From the NCBI RefSeq assembly GCF_006345805.1, contig NC_043011.1:54448464-54512463 (forward strand): a stretch of 64,000 bases of DNA, read 5' to 3'. Position 1 is the stretch's first letter. Every line of letters starts with the position of its first letter. Under the pieces are notes generated by a model. The model worked only from the letters and a program-made list of their open reading frames with translations. It ran no database searches and was not told where the DNA came from. The DNA is from Octopus sinensis. Lineage: Eukaryota. This document shows positions 1-12,598 of the stretch, in pieces. A program made the translations under genes and the position numbers.

Positions 1-51
1 GCTCCAGCATGGCCGCAGCCAAATGACCAAAACAAGTAAAAGAATAAAAGA

Positions 52-84
<33 letters not shown>

Positions 85-213
85 GATTTATTTTTTTCTT
101 CTGTAGAATACCAAACACACACACACACTTACACACACATAGACACACAGACAGACATACAGTCAGAGATACACAAGCAGGTAATAAGTATGTATGACCA
201 AACAAGTACTCAC

Positions 214-314
214 GTTACAAAATTATTCACGTGTTGCATAGAGTCCTCATAGTTTTTCCCACCGACTTCTTGACAATGTACGGCCAAGAATCGCGGCTCA
301 GTCCGATGCAAGCA
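214..314 (-). CDS. INPP5A: INPP5A-like coding exon (equivalent to vertebrate exon 3), 101 nt, phase 0 to 2
   Basis: Translates CLHRTEPRFLAVHCQEVGGKNYEDSMQHVNNFV, matching the type I 5-phosphatase motif (human HKPHFMALHCQEFGGKNYEASMSHVDKFV, recalled). Acceptor ctttcttgtttccatttccag, donor AC|gtgagt. Confidence 0.95.
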
Positions 315-534
315 CTGGAAATGGAAACAAGAAAGTATCTTGAAGTAGAGCATCAACAACAAAGGATTAGATCCGTGAGGATCAGATTAGGCTCGGGGGG
401 TGGGGGATGATCTTGTCGCAAATATGATGAAGACAGAATATGAATCCATTAATAAAAAGAATGATATCAGCATTGTATGTGAGTATACAAATACACACAC
501 ACACATGCATGCATATATATATACATATATATAT

Positions 535-570
<36 letters not shown>

Positions 571-589
571 CATTATGATATATATATAT

Positions 590-637
<48 letters not shown>

Positions 638-673
638 TATATACATATATACATATATATATATATAATATAC

Positions 674-704
<31 letters not shown>

Positions 705-730
705 CATATATATTATATATATATATATAT

Positions 731-1039
731 ATAGAATGGTTGTATACTGTCAATCTAACATGAATGTGACAGTAGTGGGGTACACCACGCTGTATAGCCC
801 TAGGAAGCATCGACGCCTCCCGATGGCTTTGACACAATTTTCCCTGTGTCCTTATATACATTTACGAAGGGGAGACAAACACGGCCAGGGGTGTTTGTCT
901 CCCTTCGTAATGTATAAGGACACAGGGAAAAATGTGTCAAAGCCATCAGGAGGCGTCGATGCTTCCTAGGGCTATACAGCGGTGGTGTACCCCACTACTG
1001 TCACATTCATGTTAGATTGACAGTATACAACCATACTAT
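731..1039. mobile_element. Foldback/MITE-like element, ~150 bp near-perfect arms, embedded in (TA)n
   Basis: 731-882 is the reverse complement of 891-1039 with a few mismatches/indels; 8-nt loop ggccaggg. Confidence 0.85.
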
Positions 1040-1186
1040 ATATATATATATATATTCAGAGAGAGAGAGAGAGAGAGAGAGCAAATCAAAAGAAAGAAGA
1101 ACAACAAACAGACAAATAAAAACAACAGAGCAAGAATGTGGTACATGTAAAGTATTAGAAAATGCTCAGGGAAGGAAATACAGATG

Positions 1187-1221
1187 GTTTAACATTTCGA
1201 GCAATGCTCTTCGTCAGAAAC
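1187..1221 (-). ncRNA. Minimal type I hammerhead ribozyme motif (in a ~200 bp TA-embedded element, ~1082-1285)
   Basis: GUUU CUGACGA A GAGC-AUU-GCUC GAAAU GUU AAAC; stems I and II close; C15.2 is U. Confidence 0.7.
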
Positions 1222-1282
1222 AGAGGCAAGTTTAATGGTAAGGATGATGGAGGAAGAAAATCGCCAACGATTCACATGTGGT

Positions 1283-1334
<52 letters not shown>

Positions 1335-1477
1335 AACAAATAAAAAATAAAAACAGGAAAAAACAACAAAAACAAACAGTGAATATATTACATTGACACT
1401 CAATGAAAGTCTGAGAAAGCTAAACAGGAGTGGAAATGATATCTGGAGCATGGCTCTTCGCCAGAAAGCTATATATA

Positions 1478-1863
1478 TTTCTTTATTGCCCACAGGGGGC
1501 TAAACATAGAGGGAACAAACAAGGACAGACAAAGGGAGTAAGTTGATTACACTGACCGCAGTGCATGACTGGTACTTAATTTATCGACCCCAGTGGAATT
1601 TGAACTCAGAACGTAATGACGGATGAAATACCCATTTCTTTACTACCCACAAGGGGCTAAACACCGAGGGGACAAACAAGGACAGACAAACGGATTAAGT
1701 CGATTACATCGACCCCAGTGTGTAACTGGTACTTATTTAATCGACCCCGAAAGGATGAAAGGCAAAGTTGACCTCGGCAGAATTTGAACCCAGAATGTAG
1801 CGGCAGACGAAATGCCGCTAAGCATTTTGCCCGGCGTGCTAACGTTTCTGCCAGCTCACCACC
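1478..1863 (-). mobile_element. tRNA-derived SINE family B (Meta/MESC-like core), partial tandem dimer
   Basis: Head ggcggtgagctggcagaaacgttag with B-box gagttcaaattc; core gtcgactttgcctttcatcctttcggggtcgat. Many copies in the window (8745-9080, 9685-9905, 18455-18685, 22830-23068, 34505-35045, 37000-37385, 59580-59805, 60760-60960). Confidence 0.85.
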
Positions 1864-2147
1864 TTAAGATATATAATACACACACACACACACGCACACA
1901 CACACACACACACACACCACATATAGTCTCCAGTTTCCTAGCCAAAGACTCTAAAGGACTTCTTAGTGCTGAGATGAACCCTCTTCTTTAATCTCATATG
2001 TGGTTTGCCCTGATGGTGCAGTAAATGAAGGTTAGAGGTTTATAGGAAATCACTGATTTAGACAACTGGGACATAAGCAAGAGCCCAGTGCTGTTAGATC
2101 TTGTTAAAACATGTAACCCATGCCAGTACGGAAAGCAGATGTAAAAC

Positions 2148-2242
2148 TGATGATGATTATGGTGATGATGATGGTGATGATGATAGTGATGATGATAGTG
2201 ATGATGATAGTGATGATGATAGTGATGATGATGATGATGATG
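2148..2242. repeat. (GAT)n microsatellite with periodic AGT interruptions
   Basis: Seen directly; source of the poly-His ORF. Confidence 0.9.
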
Positions 2243-3423
2243 CAACATAGTGTATAAGTGTGAGAGCTCTGAACATTGACTGCAAGAAAGACTCACTGCA
2301 AGTATTCAATGAGATGTTTTTTAAAGACTCTATTGACAGTGACTTCAGAGATTCATCAGTGGAAGGCTTCAGCTGACAGAAGATAGTTTAACAAGGTCAA
2401 CCACTGGCAAAGGAGCCTAATGCTGCCCTCTGGCTCACTGGATCCTTTTAAACATTCCAGGCCATGCCAGCAGAGAAAACAGATATTAAATGATAACAAT
2501 GGTGTAAATATGAATATGTAACACACACACACACACGTGTATGTGTAAACACACACACACACACAAGGTGTAGGTGTTGCTGTGTGGTAAGAAGCTTCCT
2601 TCCCAACCACAAGGTTGTGACACATCGCTGAAGTGTTCACTGCAAAAGCAAAGTCCTGAGAGCAGATTTGATAGATAGAAACTGAAAGAAGCCCAGTGTT
2701 TGTGTGTTACTATCTCTTTGCCCCCAAATTTATGTCATAGCTGTTGGCACATGTCCCCATCATGCTACCAGTTGCCTTTGTTTCCAATATTCCAAGACAT
2801 ACCTGGTCATAAAGAAATATTATTTTACCTGGAAACGGGAGAAGGTTGGCAACTAAATGGGTATTTGGCTGCAGAAAATCTACCTCAGCAACAAGTCCGC
2901 CTGACCCATGCAAGCATGGAAAAGTGGGCATCAAATGATGAGGATTAAATACATACTGAAACTCCATTTGTTACGATGACAAGTGTCCCAGCTGATCAGA
3001 ACAACTGTGAAATTAATGTGCAAATGGTTAGAAAATGGTTAACCCTTTGGCATTCTGATTATTCTGTCAAATGTAATGTTTATTTATCAGTTGTGCATTA
3101 TCCTGAAGCTTCAAGATTTTTGATGATGTGCACACAGAAAGCACAAAGGCAATGACAAACGACCAAGACCTTTGGCAATATGCCAGGCTCAAGAAGAAGA
3201 CCCGTGAAGCCAAATGATGTCATAGTTGTGGCAGATACTGGTGTCACAGAACTGGCTCAGACACACAAAGCCTTAACATAATTCTCAGGAAGATTCAGCA
3301 TGATACAGAATGTGACAAGGCCAGCCCTTTCAATTACAGGTACAACTGACTTTTTCCAGGTAAGTAGACTGGAGCAACGTGAAATAAAGTGCCTTACTCA
3401 AGAACACAACACACAGCCAATAG

Positions 3424-3815
3424 GCGTAGGAGTGGCTGTGTGGTAAGTTGCTTGCTTACCAACCACATGGTTCCGGGTTCAGTCCCACTGCGTGGCATCT
3501 TGGGCAAGTGTCTTCTACTATAGCCTCGGGCTGACCAAAGCCTTGTGAGTGGATTTGGTAGACGGAAACTGAAAGAAGCCTGTCGTATATATATGTATAT
3601 ATATGTGTGTGTGTGTATGTCTGTGTGTCTGTGTTTGTTCTCCCAACATCGCTTGACAACCGATGCTGGTGTGTTTATGTCTCCGTAACTTAGCGGTTCG
3701 GGAAGAAAGACCGATAGAATAAGTACTAGGCTTACAAAGAATAAGTCCTGGGGTTGATTTGCTTGACTAAAGGCGGTGCTCCAGCATGGCCACAGTCAAA
3801 TGACTGAAACAAATA
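3424..3815 (+). mobile_element. tRNA-derived SINE family A (CORE-like ccttgggcaag segment, internal TA/TG microsatellite)
   Basis: A-box tggctgtgtggt, B-box ggttcagtccc, conserved tail gctccagcatggcc..gactgaaacaagtaaaagag. Further copies at 4540-4865, 5155-5555, 10560-10968, 11808-12115, 12358-12808, 35925-36340, 38915-39100, 41325-41625, 46190-46645, 62458-62862. Confidence 0.9.
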
Positions 3816-4644
3816 CAAGAGAGAGAGAGAGAGAGAGCCAGGAATCGAACTCATGACCTTATGGTCATGAACCAAAGACCCTAACAAGTGAGCTACGTGC
3901 CTTCACTGATATATCATCCTCCTCCTCATCATCATCATCATCAACATTGTTAAGCATCCATCTTCCATGCATGTGTAGGACAGTTCACAGGAGCTGGCCA
4001 GGTAGAAAAACTACCCTATGCTACTGTGTCTGCTTTGGTAGGGTTGTTAAGGATGAATGCCCTTCCTAACACCAACCACTCTGCAGAGTGGACCCAGAGC
4101 ATTTTACGTGGCACTAGCACAGACGAGGTTAGCTTTGGCATGGTTTTTACAGCTGGATGCCCCTTCCAAATGCCAACCAGTTTACAGTGTAGACTGGATG
4201 CATTTCATGTGGCGCCAGCACTGGCAGGGTCACCAAGTAACTTGCAAGACAAGGAATTATGAGAGGAGCAGGGGCATTTGAGGAGGGGAACTTGTGTCAG
4301 AGGATGAAAGGTTAGAGGATGACAAAGAGAGACAGAGAGGCAGGAACAGGTGTCTTGTTATAATGGAGAGGGCATAGGAGGAGGAGATCCAGGATCAGAT
4401 GATGAAAGGTTAGAGTGTGACAGAGAAATAGGGAGGCAGAAATAGGTGTCTTGCTGTAGAGGAGGTACATAGAGAGAGAGAGAGAGACCAAGAATGAGGG
4501 CAGGAATAGGTGTGCTGCTATGTAACTTTTTCTTTGTAAGCCTAGTACTTATTCTATCAGTGTCTTTTGCCAAACCGCAAAGTTACGGGAATGTATACAC
4601 ACTGACATTGGTTATTAAGCAATGGTGGGGGGAGGGACAAACAC

Positions 4645-4707
<63 letters not shown>

Positions 4708-5154
4708 GACAGGCTTCTTTCAGTTTCCGTCTACCAAATCCACTCAACAAGCTTTGGTGGGCCCAAGGCTATAGTAGAAGAAACTTGCCCAAGGTGCCAT
4801 GCAGTGGGACTGAACCCGGAACCATGTGGTTGGTAAGCAACCTACTTACCACACAGCCACTCCTGCACACACACACACACACATACACACACACACATGC
4901 ATAAATATACCCATACACACACTAGGCTGACATTTTAAGATATTCACAATCTTTTATGAACCCAGATAGAATACAAAACATAGCTAACCTCAATGTGATT
5001 TGAACTTGTAATATAAAGGGCTGGACGGTATTTTGTATGATGTTCTATCTAACTGATTATGTAATGAGATGGTGTAATATGTAGGATTCAATTCCCTCAC
5101 ACCACACTTTCAATGATATTATTGCAAACTGGCAGAATCGCTTGTCCTTTACCC

Positions 5155-5555
5155 TTTTATTTGTTTCAGTCATTTGACTGCGGCCATGCTGGAGCACTGC
5201 CTTTAGTCGAGCAAATCGACCCCAGGACTTATTCTTTGTAAGCCTAGTACTTATTCTATCGGTCTCTTTTGCCGAACCGCTAAGTTACGGGGACGTAAGC
5301 GCACCAGCATCGGTTGTCAAGTGATGTTGGGGGGAAAAACACAGACACACAAACATATACACAAACATACACACACACAAACACACACACACATATATAC
5401 GACGGGCTTCTTTCAGTTTCCATCTACCAAATCCACTCACAAGGCTTTGGCCAGCCCGAGGTTATAGTAGAAGACACTTGCCCAAGGTGCCACACAGTGG
5501 GACTGAACCCAGAACCATGTGGTTGTTAAGCAAGCTACTTACCACACAACCATTC
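5155..5555 (-). mobile_element. SINE family A, full-length copy
   Basis: Reverse complement of the 3424-3815 family consensus. Confidence 0.85.
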
Positions 5556-6459
5556 CTGTGCCTTTACAATTATCCGAGTTCAAATTCTGCCAAGGTCGAC
5601 TTTGCCTTTCATCCTTTCGGGGGGGGGGGAGGGTCGATAAAATAAGTACTACTTGAACTCTGAGGGGGGTGGTCGATGTAATCGACTTACAACTTTCCCT
5701 AAAACTGCTGGGCCTTGTACCAAAACCTGAAGCCAATATTACAGCATAGTCCAGCATACAAGCCAAATTCCTCAGACCAAAATTTACAGCGCCAAGACAG
5801 TTTTGGAGGACCAAAACTTTCATGTGAATATGCTGCAGGATTTTGAAAGATAGCAACGTCATTTGAATGTTTACACTACATACTAAGTCGACTTGCATGC
5901 CGGAAAATACGGTACATATGATATGACGGTGTCTAAGTTTACACACCACTACCACCACCACCACCATGGCACGGATTCTATAAAAAATTATGTGATGCAA
6001 TGGTGTGTAAGATTACACAGTGTGTTCATACCACTGTATGTATAGGAAATACTGCTGTGGTGTTAGGGAGCAGTATGTTTTGAAGAATGTAAACAGTAAA
6101 CAAACCAGAGGAATTTAAAAATAGTAGAAGTGAAACACACACCTACACACATACACACATGTACATGTACAAATGCATACGTGCGTGCGTACACAGTCAT
6201 GTATATGCACACACGCGGCGCGTACGCCCATACTTAGACACCCACCCACACCCACACCCACACACACATACACACACACATACATACATACACATACATA
6301 CATACATACATACATACACACACAAACAAGGCTGTTACTTAAATTCCTTCTCTGAATTTTTTAAATACCCTGATGAACAGCAGAAGTAATCAGAGAGATT
6401 GAGGGAGGGGCAACGAGGAAGGAGACGATCTTGTGTGTGTGTGAGAGAGAGTGCAAGAG

Positions 6460-6785
6460 AGTGTATATATATATATATATATAGATGTGTGTATTTATGC
6501 ATGTGTATAGATGTGTATTAACTTTATGTGTATATATGTACATGTATGTGTACACGTGTGTATGTGTGTATATATATATATATTATATATAATATATATA
6601 TATGTATGTATGTATATGTTATATATATATATATATATGTATGCATGTATGTATGTATATATATATATATATATACATGCATGTATGTATATATATATGC
6701 ATGTATGTATGTATGTTATATATATATATATATGTATATACATGCATGTATGTATATATATGCATGTATGTATGTATGTATGTAT

Positions 6786-6824
<39 letters not shown>

Positions 6825-6855
6825 GCATGTATGTATATATATGCATGTATGTATG

Positions 6856-6887
<32 letters not shown>

Positions 6888-7260
6888 TGCATGTATGGAT
6901 GTATGTATATATATATATATATGTATATACATGCATGTATGTATATATATGCATGTATGTATGTATGTATGTATACATATATATATATATATTACATGCA
7001 TGTATGTATATATGCATGTATGTATGTATATATATATATATATACATGCATGTATGTATATATATATGCATGTATGTATGTATGTATATATATATATATA
7101 TGTATACATGCATGTATGTATATATATGCATGTATGTATGTATGTGGTATACATACATATATATATATAATATATATATAATATATATATATATATTACA
7201 TGCATGTATGTATATATATGCATGTATGTATGTATATATATATATAATATAACAGGAAGG
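6460..7260. repeat. Compound (TA)n/(TATG)n satellite with recurring palindromic unit TACATGCATGTA
   Basis: Unit recurs many times, separated by TA runs. Confidence 0.9.
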
Positions 7261-7409
7261 TTTATGCCTGCATGTATGTATATATATACATACACACACA
7301 CACACGCACGCACATAGGAGGGGAAGAGGTGGTGAGCCACAGTAAACAAGCGTATTTCCAAATCCTTTGATGTAAGTTTTAAGAAAGAAACCAATGAAAA
7401 TAATATCGT

Positions 7410-7990
7410 TACTACCACCAACACACACATCCACTAATACTACTATTACCACCACTGCTACCACTGACACTATTACTACTGTGAACACTAAATCTACTAC
7501 TACCACCATAACTACTGTCATCACCACCACCACCACTGTTACTATTACTACTACTGCTGCCACTACAACCGCCACCACCGCCACCACCTCTACTAATACT
7601 ACCACTACTAATACTACCACTACTAATACTACCACTACCACTACTACTGCTGCTGCTGTCACTGCAACTGTAAGAACTAACACAGCAACCACCACCACCA
7701 CTACCACTACCACCATTACTGCTGCTACTACAAGTACCACTATAACTACTAACTTAATACTACACCTACTACTACTACAACCACTAATAGTATCACCACA
7801 GCTGCTAACAATACTACTATTATTAACATCACAATTACAATTACTGCAACTACTACCACTGCCACTACTACCCTCTCACCACTACAACCACTACTACCAC
7901 CATTACTCTGCCTTTCATTGCTATGTACAGCACCACTGCTACAACTGCCATCACCACCCATACCAATGTACCATTTTGACTACCACTGGC
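7410..7990. repeat. Degenerate (ACT/ACC)n trinucleotide tract
   Basis: Low complexity; source of the Thr-rich and Val-rich ORFs. Confidence 0.85.
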
Positions 7991-7994
7991 CCAG

Positions 7995-8305
7995 CAAGAT
8001 CTTTAAATACCCACCACTGCCCTGTGCCGCTCGTTGCCAGTGTCGCTGGACTGGCTCCTGTGCAGGTGGCACATAAAAAGCACCATTTGAGCATGGCCGT
8101 TGCCAGTACCGCCTGACTGGCCCTCATGCCGGTGGCACGTAAAAGCACCCACTACACTCTCGGAGTGGTTGGCATTAGGAAGGGCATCCAGCTGTAGAAA
8201 CTCTGCCAGATCAAGATTGGAGCCTGGTGCAGCCATCTGGTTCGCCAGCCCTCAGACAATCGTCCAACCCATGCCAGCATGGAAAGCGGACGTTAAACGA
8301 TAATG
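7995..8305 (+). mobile_element. RTE-clade LINE 3' end (family D)
   Basis: gtgccggtggcacgtaaaagcacc ... ggttggcattaggaagggcatccagc ... ccatgccagcatggaaagcggacgttaaacgat; same sequence as the 3' UTR downstream of the RT ORF at 24328. Confidence 0.85.
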
Positions 8306-8321
8306 CCCTCTTTCGTCCATA

Positions 8322-8500
8322 CAAAGGGATGCTGAAAAGTTCCTGGCTTTGGCTAAAAGAAAATACAGGAGGATCAGTTAATTCACGCACTTATTGCAGT
8401 GGTCCCTCAGTTTTTCTAAGCCCTGTAAAAGAACTCAGAAGGTTTTGGACCCCCAACCAGGCTTTTCGCAACACTTTTGCAACTTTTGAGTACCCCCTTG
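8322..8500. mobile_element. Tc1/mariner-type MITE
   Basis: Imperfect TIRs caaagggatgctgaaaagtt / aacttttgagtacccccttg flanked by TA; related pieces at 8541-8680 and 28440-28627. Confidence 0.6.
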
Positions 8501-9179
8501 TATGTGTTTGTGTTTATATATATGTTATAAATATACCCATACAGAAGGGGTTGCTGAAAAGCCCCTGGTTTTGGGTAAAAGGAATTAAAGGAGAATCAGT
8601 TAATTATGATTTTATTCAACATATTTCCCTCTCAAATTCAGACACTTATTACAATAGCCCTTCAGTCCTGTAAAAGAACTCAAAGCTTCAAATTTTTCCA
8701 CAAGGCCAGCAATTTTGAGGGAGGGAATAAATCAATTACATTGACCCTAGTATTTTTTTCTGGTACGTAATTTATCAACCTCAAAAAGATGAAAAGCAAA
8801 GCTGACTTTGGTGGAATTTGAACTCAGAACGTAGTGGCAGACGAAATACCTATTTCTTTACTACCCACAAGGGGCTACACACAGAGGGGACAAACAAGGA
8901 CAGACAAACGGATTAAGTCGATTTATATCGACTCCAGTGCATAACTGGTACTTATTTAATCGACCATGAAAGGATGAAAGGCAAAGTCGACCTCGGCGGA
9001 ATTTGAACTCAGAATGTAGCAGCAGACAAAATACCGCTAAGCATTTCTCCCGGTGCTAACAATTCTGCCAGCTCACCAACTTAAATGAAACTAAGTAATG
9101 CCAGCATTTTGCCAATGACTCTATATATATATTCTGTTAATCTGCATTACAACATATTCGATGTACCACTGCAGCTCCT

Positions 9180-9680
9180 TGACTGGTTTGTTACCAAATT
9201 TCTGTTGCAATACACAGCCTTTGTTCCATGTAATTTTGAAAATAGTGATGAATTTAGTAAAACGATTTTGCCAGCTTTACATAGGTGTTTAGAATGTAAA
9301 TTAGCATGAAATTTTAATGGAACCTCTTAAGTAAGATCACTTTAACTCTTTTGTTACCATATTTCTGTTGAAATACACAGCCTTTGTTCCAAGTAATTTT
9401 GAAAATAATGAAGAATTTGATAAAATGATTTTGCCATTATTAATCTTGAGCTTGGAACAGAAATTAGCCTGAAATTTGGATGGAAGATTTTAACGCTTTT
9501 GTTATATTTCTGTTGAGATGCTCTGTGTTTTTTCTTTCAATTAATTGTGAATATAACAAAGAATTTAGTAAAATAGCTTAGTTACCATTAAGCTTGTGTC
9601 AGAAATATAAACTGTGACTAAGGTCTAGTGGAAGATTATAATTCAAGACTTTTGAAAACAAGACATTTGTGCTAAAGAGA
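9180..9680. mobile_element. Three tandem ~150 bp units related to the piggyBac-type MITEs
   Basis: Repeated ttgttacca.atttctgttg..atacacagcctttgttcca...; the third unit matches the reverse complement of 13241-13462. Confidence 0.6.
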
Positions 9681-9994
9681 CCAACAGAAACATTAGCACG
9701 CCGGGCGAAATGCGTAGCTGTAGTTCGTCTGCCGTTACATTCTGAGTTCAAATTCCGCTGAGGCCGACTTTGCCTTCCATCCTTTCAGGGTCGATTAAAT
9801 AAGTACCAGTTACGCACTGGGGTCGATATAATCAACTTAATCCGTTTGTCTGTCCTTGTTTGTCCTCTCTGTATTTAGCCCCTTGTGGGTAGTAAATAAA
9901 TAGGTTTCAGCTGGGTTGGTATCAAAAGGGATCATTTAGATCATTTTAACCCTTTTGTTAAACACTTGAGTTTGGAACTTAAATTAGCATGCAA

Positions 9995-10555
9995 TTTACA
10001 TTATTTACATTTGACGGATATTTGTCCTCATCTTGTTAAGACAACATTTCGGCTGACATACCCTCCAGCCTTCATCAGGTGTCTTGATGAAATTTCAAAT
10101 CTTGATGAAATTTCCTAATGTATTTTTCAATGTTGTTGTTGTTATTATTATTATTATTATTATTATTCTATGTTTGACTTTACATTTGTACAAGTTGGCT
10201 CCAAATCTCACCCTGAGACCTCAAGAGACAACAAGTTGGAAGTTCATGTTGGTGGTATTATTATTATTATTATTATTCAGGTCACTGCCTGGAATCGAAC
10301 TAGGAATCTTGGGGTTAGTAGCCCACACTCTTAACCACTACGCCATATGCCCATGGGTAATTATAGAGTGAATTTTTAGGGCTTATAAATCTAATATTTT
10401 CCTATCCTTCCTTGATACGGTTCCCATATGCTATTCATATCTGCACTCAGTCTGCTTAGGAGGTTGTTGTGTCCTAGTATATGGGCTGCTTCTTTTAGTT
10501 TCCATACTTTCCAGTGGTGTTCTCGGTCTATTATTTTAACTTCATCCCACAGAAC
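9995..10555 (-). mobile_element. Penelope-like element 3' end: endonuclease C-terminus, tRNA-like module, (AAT)n and hammerhead
   Basis: 10555-10391 translates VLWDEVKIIDREHHWKVWKLKEAAHILGHNNLLSRLSADMNSIWEP..*, resembling a PLE GIY-YIG C-terminus; tRNA-like 10350-10277; hammerhead 10085-10038. Confidence 0.75.
10038..10085 (-). ncRNA. Minimal type I hammerhead motif
   Basis: GACAC CUGAUGA A GGCUG-loop-CAGCC GAAAU GUU GUCUU; 5-bp stem II, stem I with a mismatch. Confidence 0.65.
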
Positions 10556-10772
10556 TCTTTTACTCTTTTACTTGTTTCTATCATTTGACTGTGGCCATGC
10601 TGGAGCACTGCTTTTAGTTGAGCAAATCGAGCCCGGGACTTATTCTTTGTAAGCCTAGTACTTATTCCATCAGTCTCTCTTCCCAAACCACTAAGTTATG
10701 GGGATATAAACACACCAGCATCGGTTGTCAAGCAATGTTGGGGGGACAAACACAGACACACAAACATACACT

Positions 10773-10808
<36 letters not shown>

Positions 10809-12533
10809 CGATGGGCTTAGTTCAGTTTCCATCTACCAAATCCACTCACAAGGCTTTGGTCGGCCCGAGGCTATAGCAGAAGACACTTGCCCAAGGTGAC
10901 ATGTAGTGGAAATCAACCCAGAACCATGTGGTTCGTAAGCAAGCTACTTACCACACAGCCACTCCTATGTCTATTAACTGTATTAATACAGATCACTTAA
11001 AAAAAAATGTTTGTATCATAGAACCAGGAATGGTCTCAGGTGGGCTGGTAATAAAAAGGTTAAATACTTCATAAATATTGCTCTATTTCAGTTGGGCTTT
11101 CCTTTGAAAGATCTTGAACTCTGACACTGAGCACCCTATCCGTTTAACATTGGCTTTTATCACATTAACAGATATCTACTCCAGCTTCTTCCTCCTAGTC
11201 AGGTAATTTTTTCTACTCTTTGATAAAAAGTTTCATCCGAAATATTAGATCTTCACTGCCTACACAATCCACCTATTTGATACATCAATGCAGAATATTC
11301 TCTGGTTAGGCCACAGGCACCGATTTCTTCAAAATTCTGCTGATTATATTATTTAATATTCCTCACTTGCTCAGCTTGTCTTGCACACACATGGTAACTG
11401 ATTCCAGTCAGTAAAGAATCATGTGTGAAAAGCTTTATCACTTTGAAAAATTCTGCTATGCAGCTTCTTAAATAGCTTCTGGAAGCAATATCAAGTTGGT
11501 GCATGATGGAATTCTAAACTTGTATATATTTGTTTCTTTTTTCACAACTTTACATTTCTGTTTTTTCTTTCGTATTAAAATGTAGAATGTCTTCCTTCTC
11601 AAGCCACAACAACTTAGAGTTTCTATAGTAACATTGTGGGTAAGAGATAAATCTATACCCTTAAACAAATCCCTTGATCTCAGGCAGGAAACCTGGAATG
11701 ATAGGTTATTTTTAACCCTTTTTTTACCATATTTCAGCTGACATATAATGCCTCGGCTTCGATTAATTTTTGAAAATAATGGAGAAATCAGTAAAACAAC
11801 TAGACATACTCTTTTACTTCTTTCAGTCATTTGACTGTGGCCATGCTGGAGCACCGCATTTAGTCGAACGAATCGACCCCAGGACTTTTTCTTTGTAAGC
11901 CTAGTACTTATTCTATCGGTCTCTTTTGCCGAACTGCTAAGTTACGGGGACGTAAACACACCAGCATCGGTTGTCAAGCAATGTTTGGGGGACAAACACA
12001 GACACACATACATACATATACATATACATATATACGACGGGCTTCTTTCAGTTTCCGTTCACCAAATCCACTCACAAGGCTTTGGTCGGCCCGAGGCTAT
12101 AGACACTTGCCCAAGCATGCATACAAAAACACACATACTAACCACACAGACACACACACATATGCAAACGCATGTACAGATAAGAATACACACCACCAAA
12201 AGACAGAATGGACTAAACAGAATAGGAGGAGACACATGGGATGGAGGGTTGCTGAAGAGGTCACAAAGTGTGTCACAAAAGATTTCAGACAAAGGACATT
12301 AGAACTTTCTCATTATTAATCTGGTGTCTGGAACAAATTAATATAAAATTTTGATGAAAGGTGCAGGAGTGGCTGTGTGGTAAGTAGCTTGCTTATCAAC
12401 CACATGGTTCTGGATTCAGTCCCACTGTGTGGCACCTTGGGCAAGTCTCTTCTACTATAGCCTCAGGCCGACCAAAGCCATGTGAGTGGATTTGGAGGAC
12501 GGAAACTGAAAGAAGCCCGTCGTATATATTTAC

Positions 12534-12598
<65 letters not shown>

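Noticed and set aside
5755-5800. Minus-strand CKFWSEEF resembling exon 2
   Set aside because: No AG/GT in the right phase, a similar sequence recurs near 61480 (repeat), and the true exon 2 is at 35204.
7394-8116. 240-aa Thr-rich mucin-like ORF
   Set aside because: It is a degenerate ACT/ACC repeat running into an RTE 3' UTR, antisense to the host gene.
10277-10350. Functional tRNA gene (also the heads of SINE families A, B and C)
   Set aside because: Acceptor stems are imperfect and each is fused to repeat bodies, so these are SINE/TE-derived heads.
11280-11520. Minus-strand open frame with CIAEFFKV resembling exon 2
   Set aside because: Splice sites do not fit and there is no W; treated as a chance frame or unidentified decayed TE.
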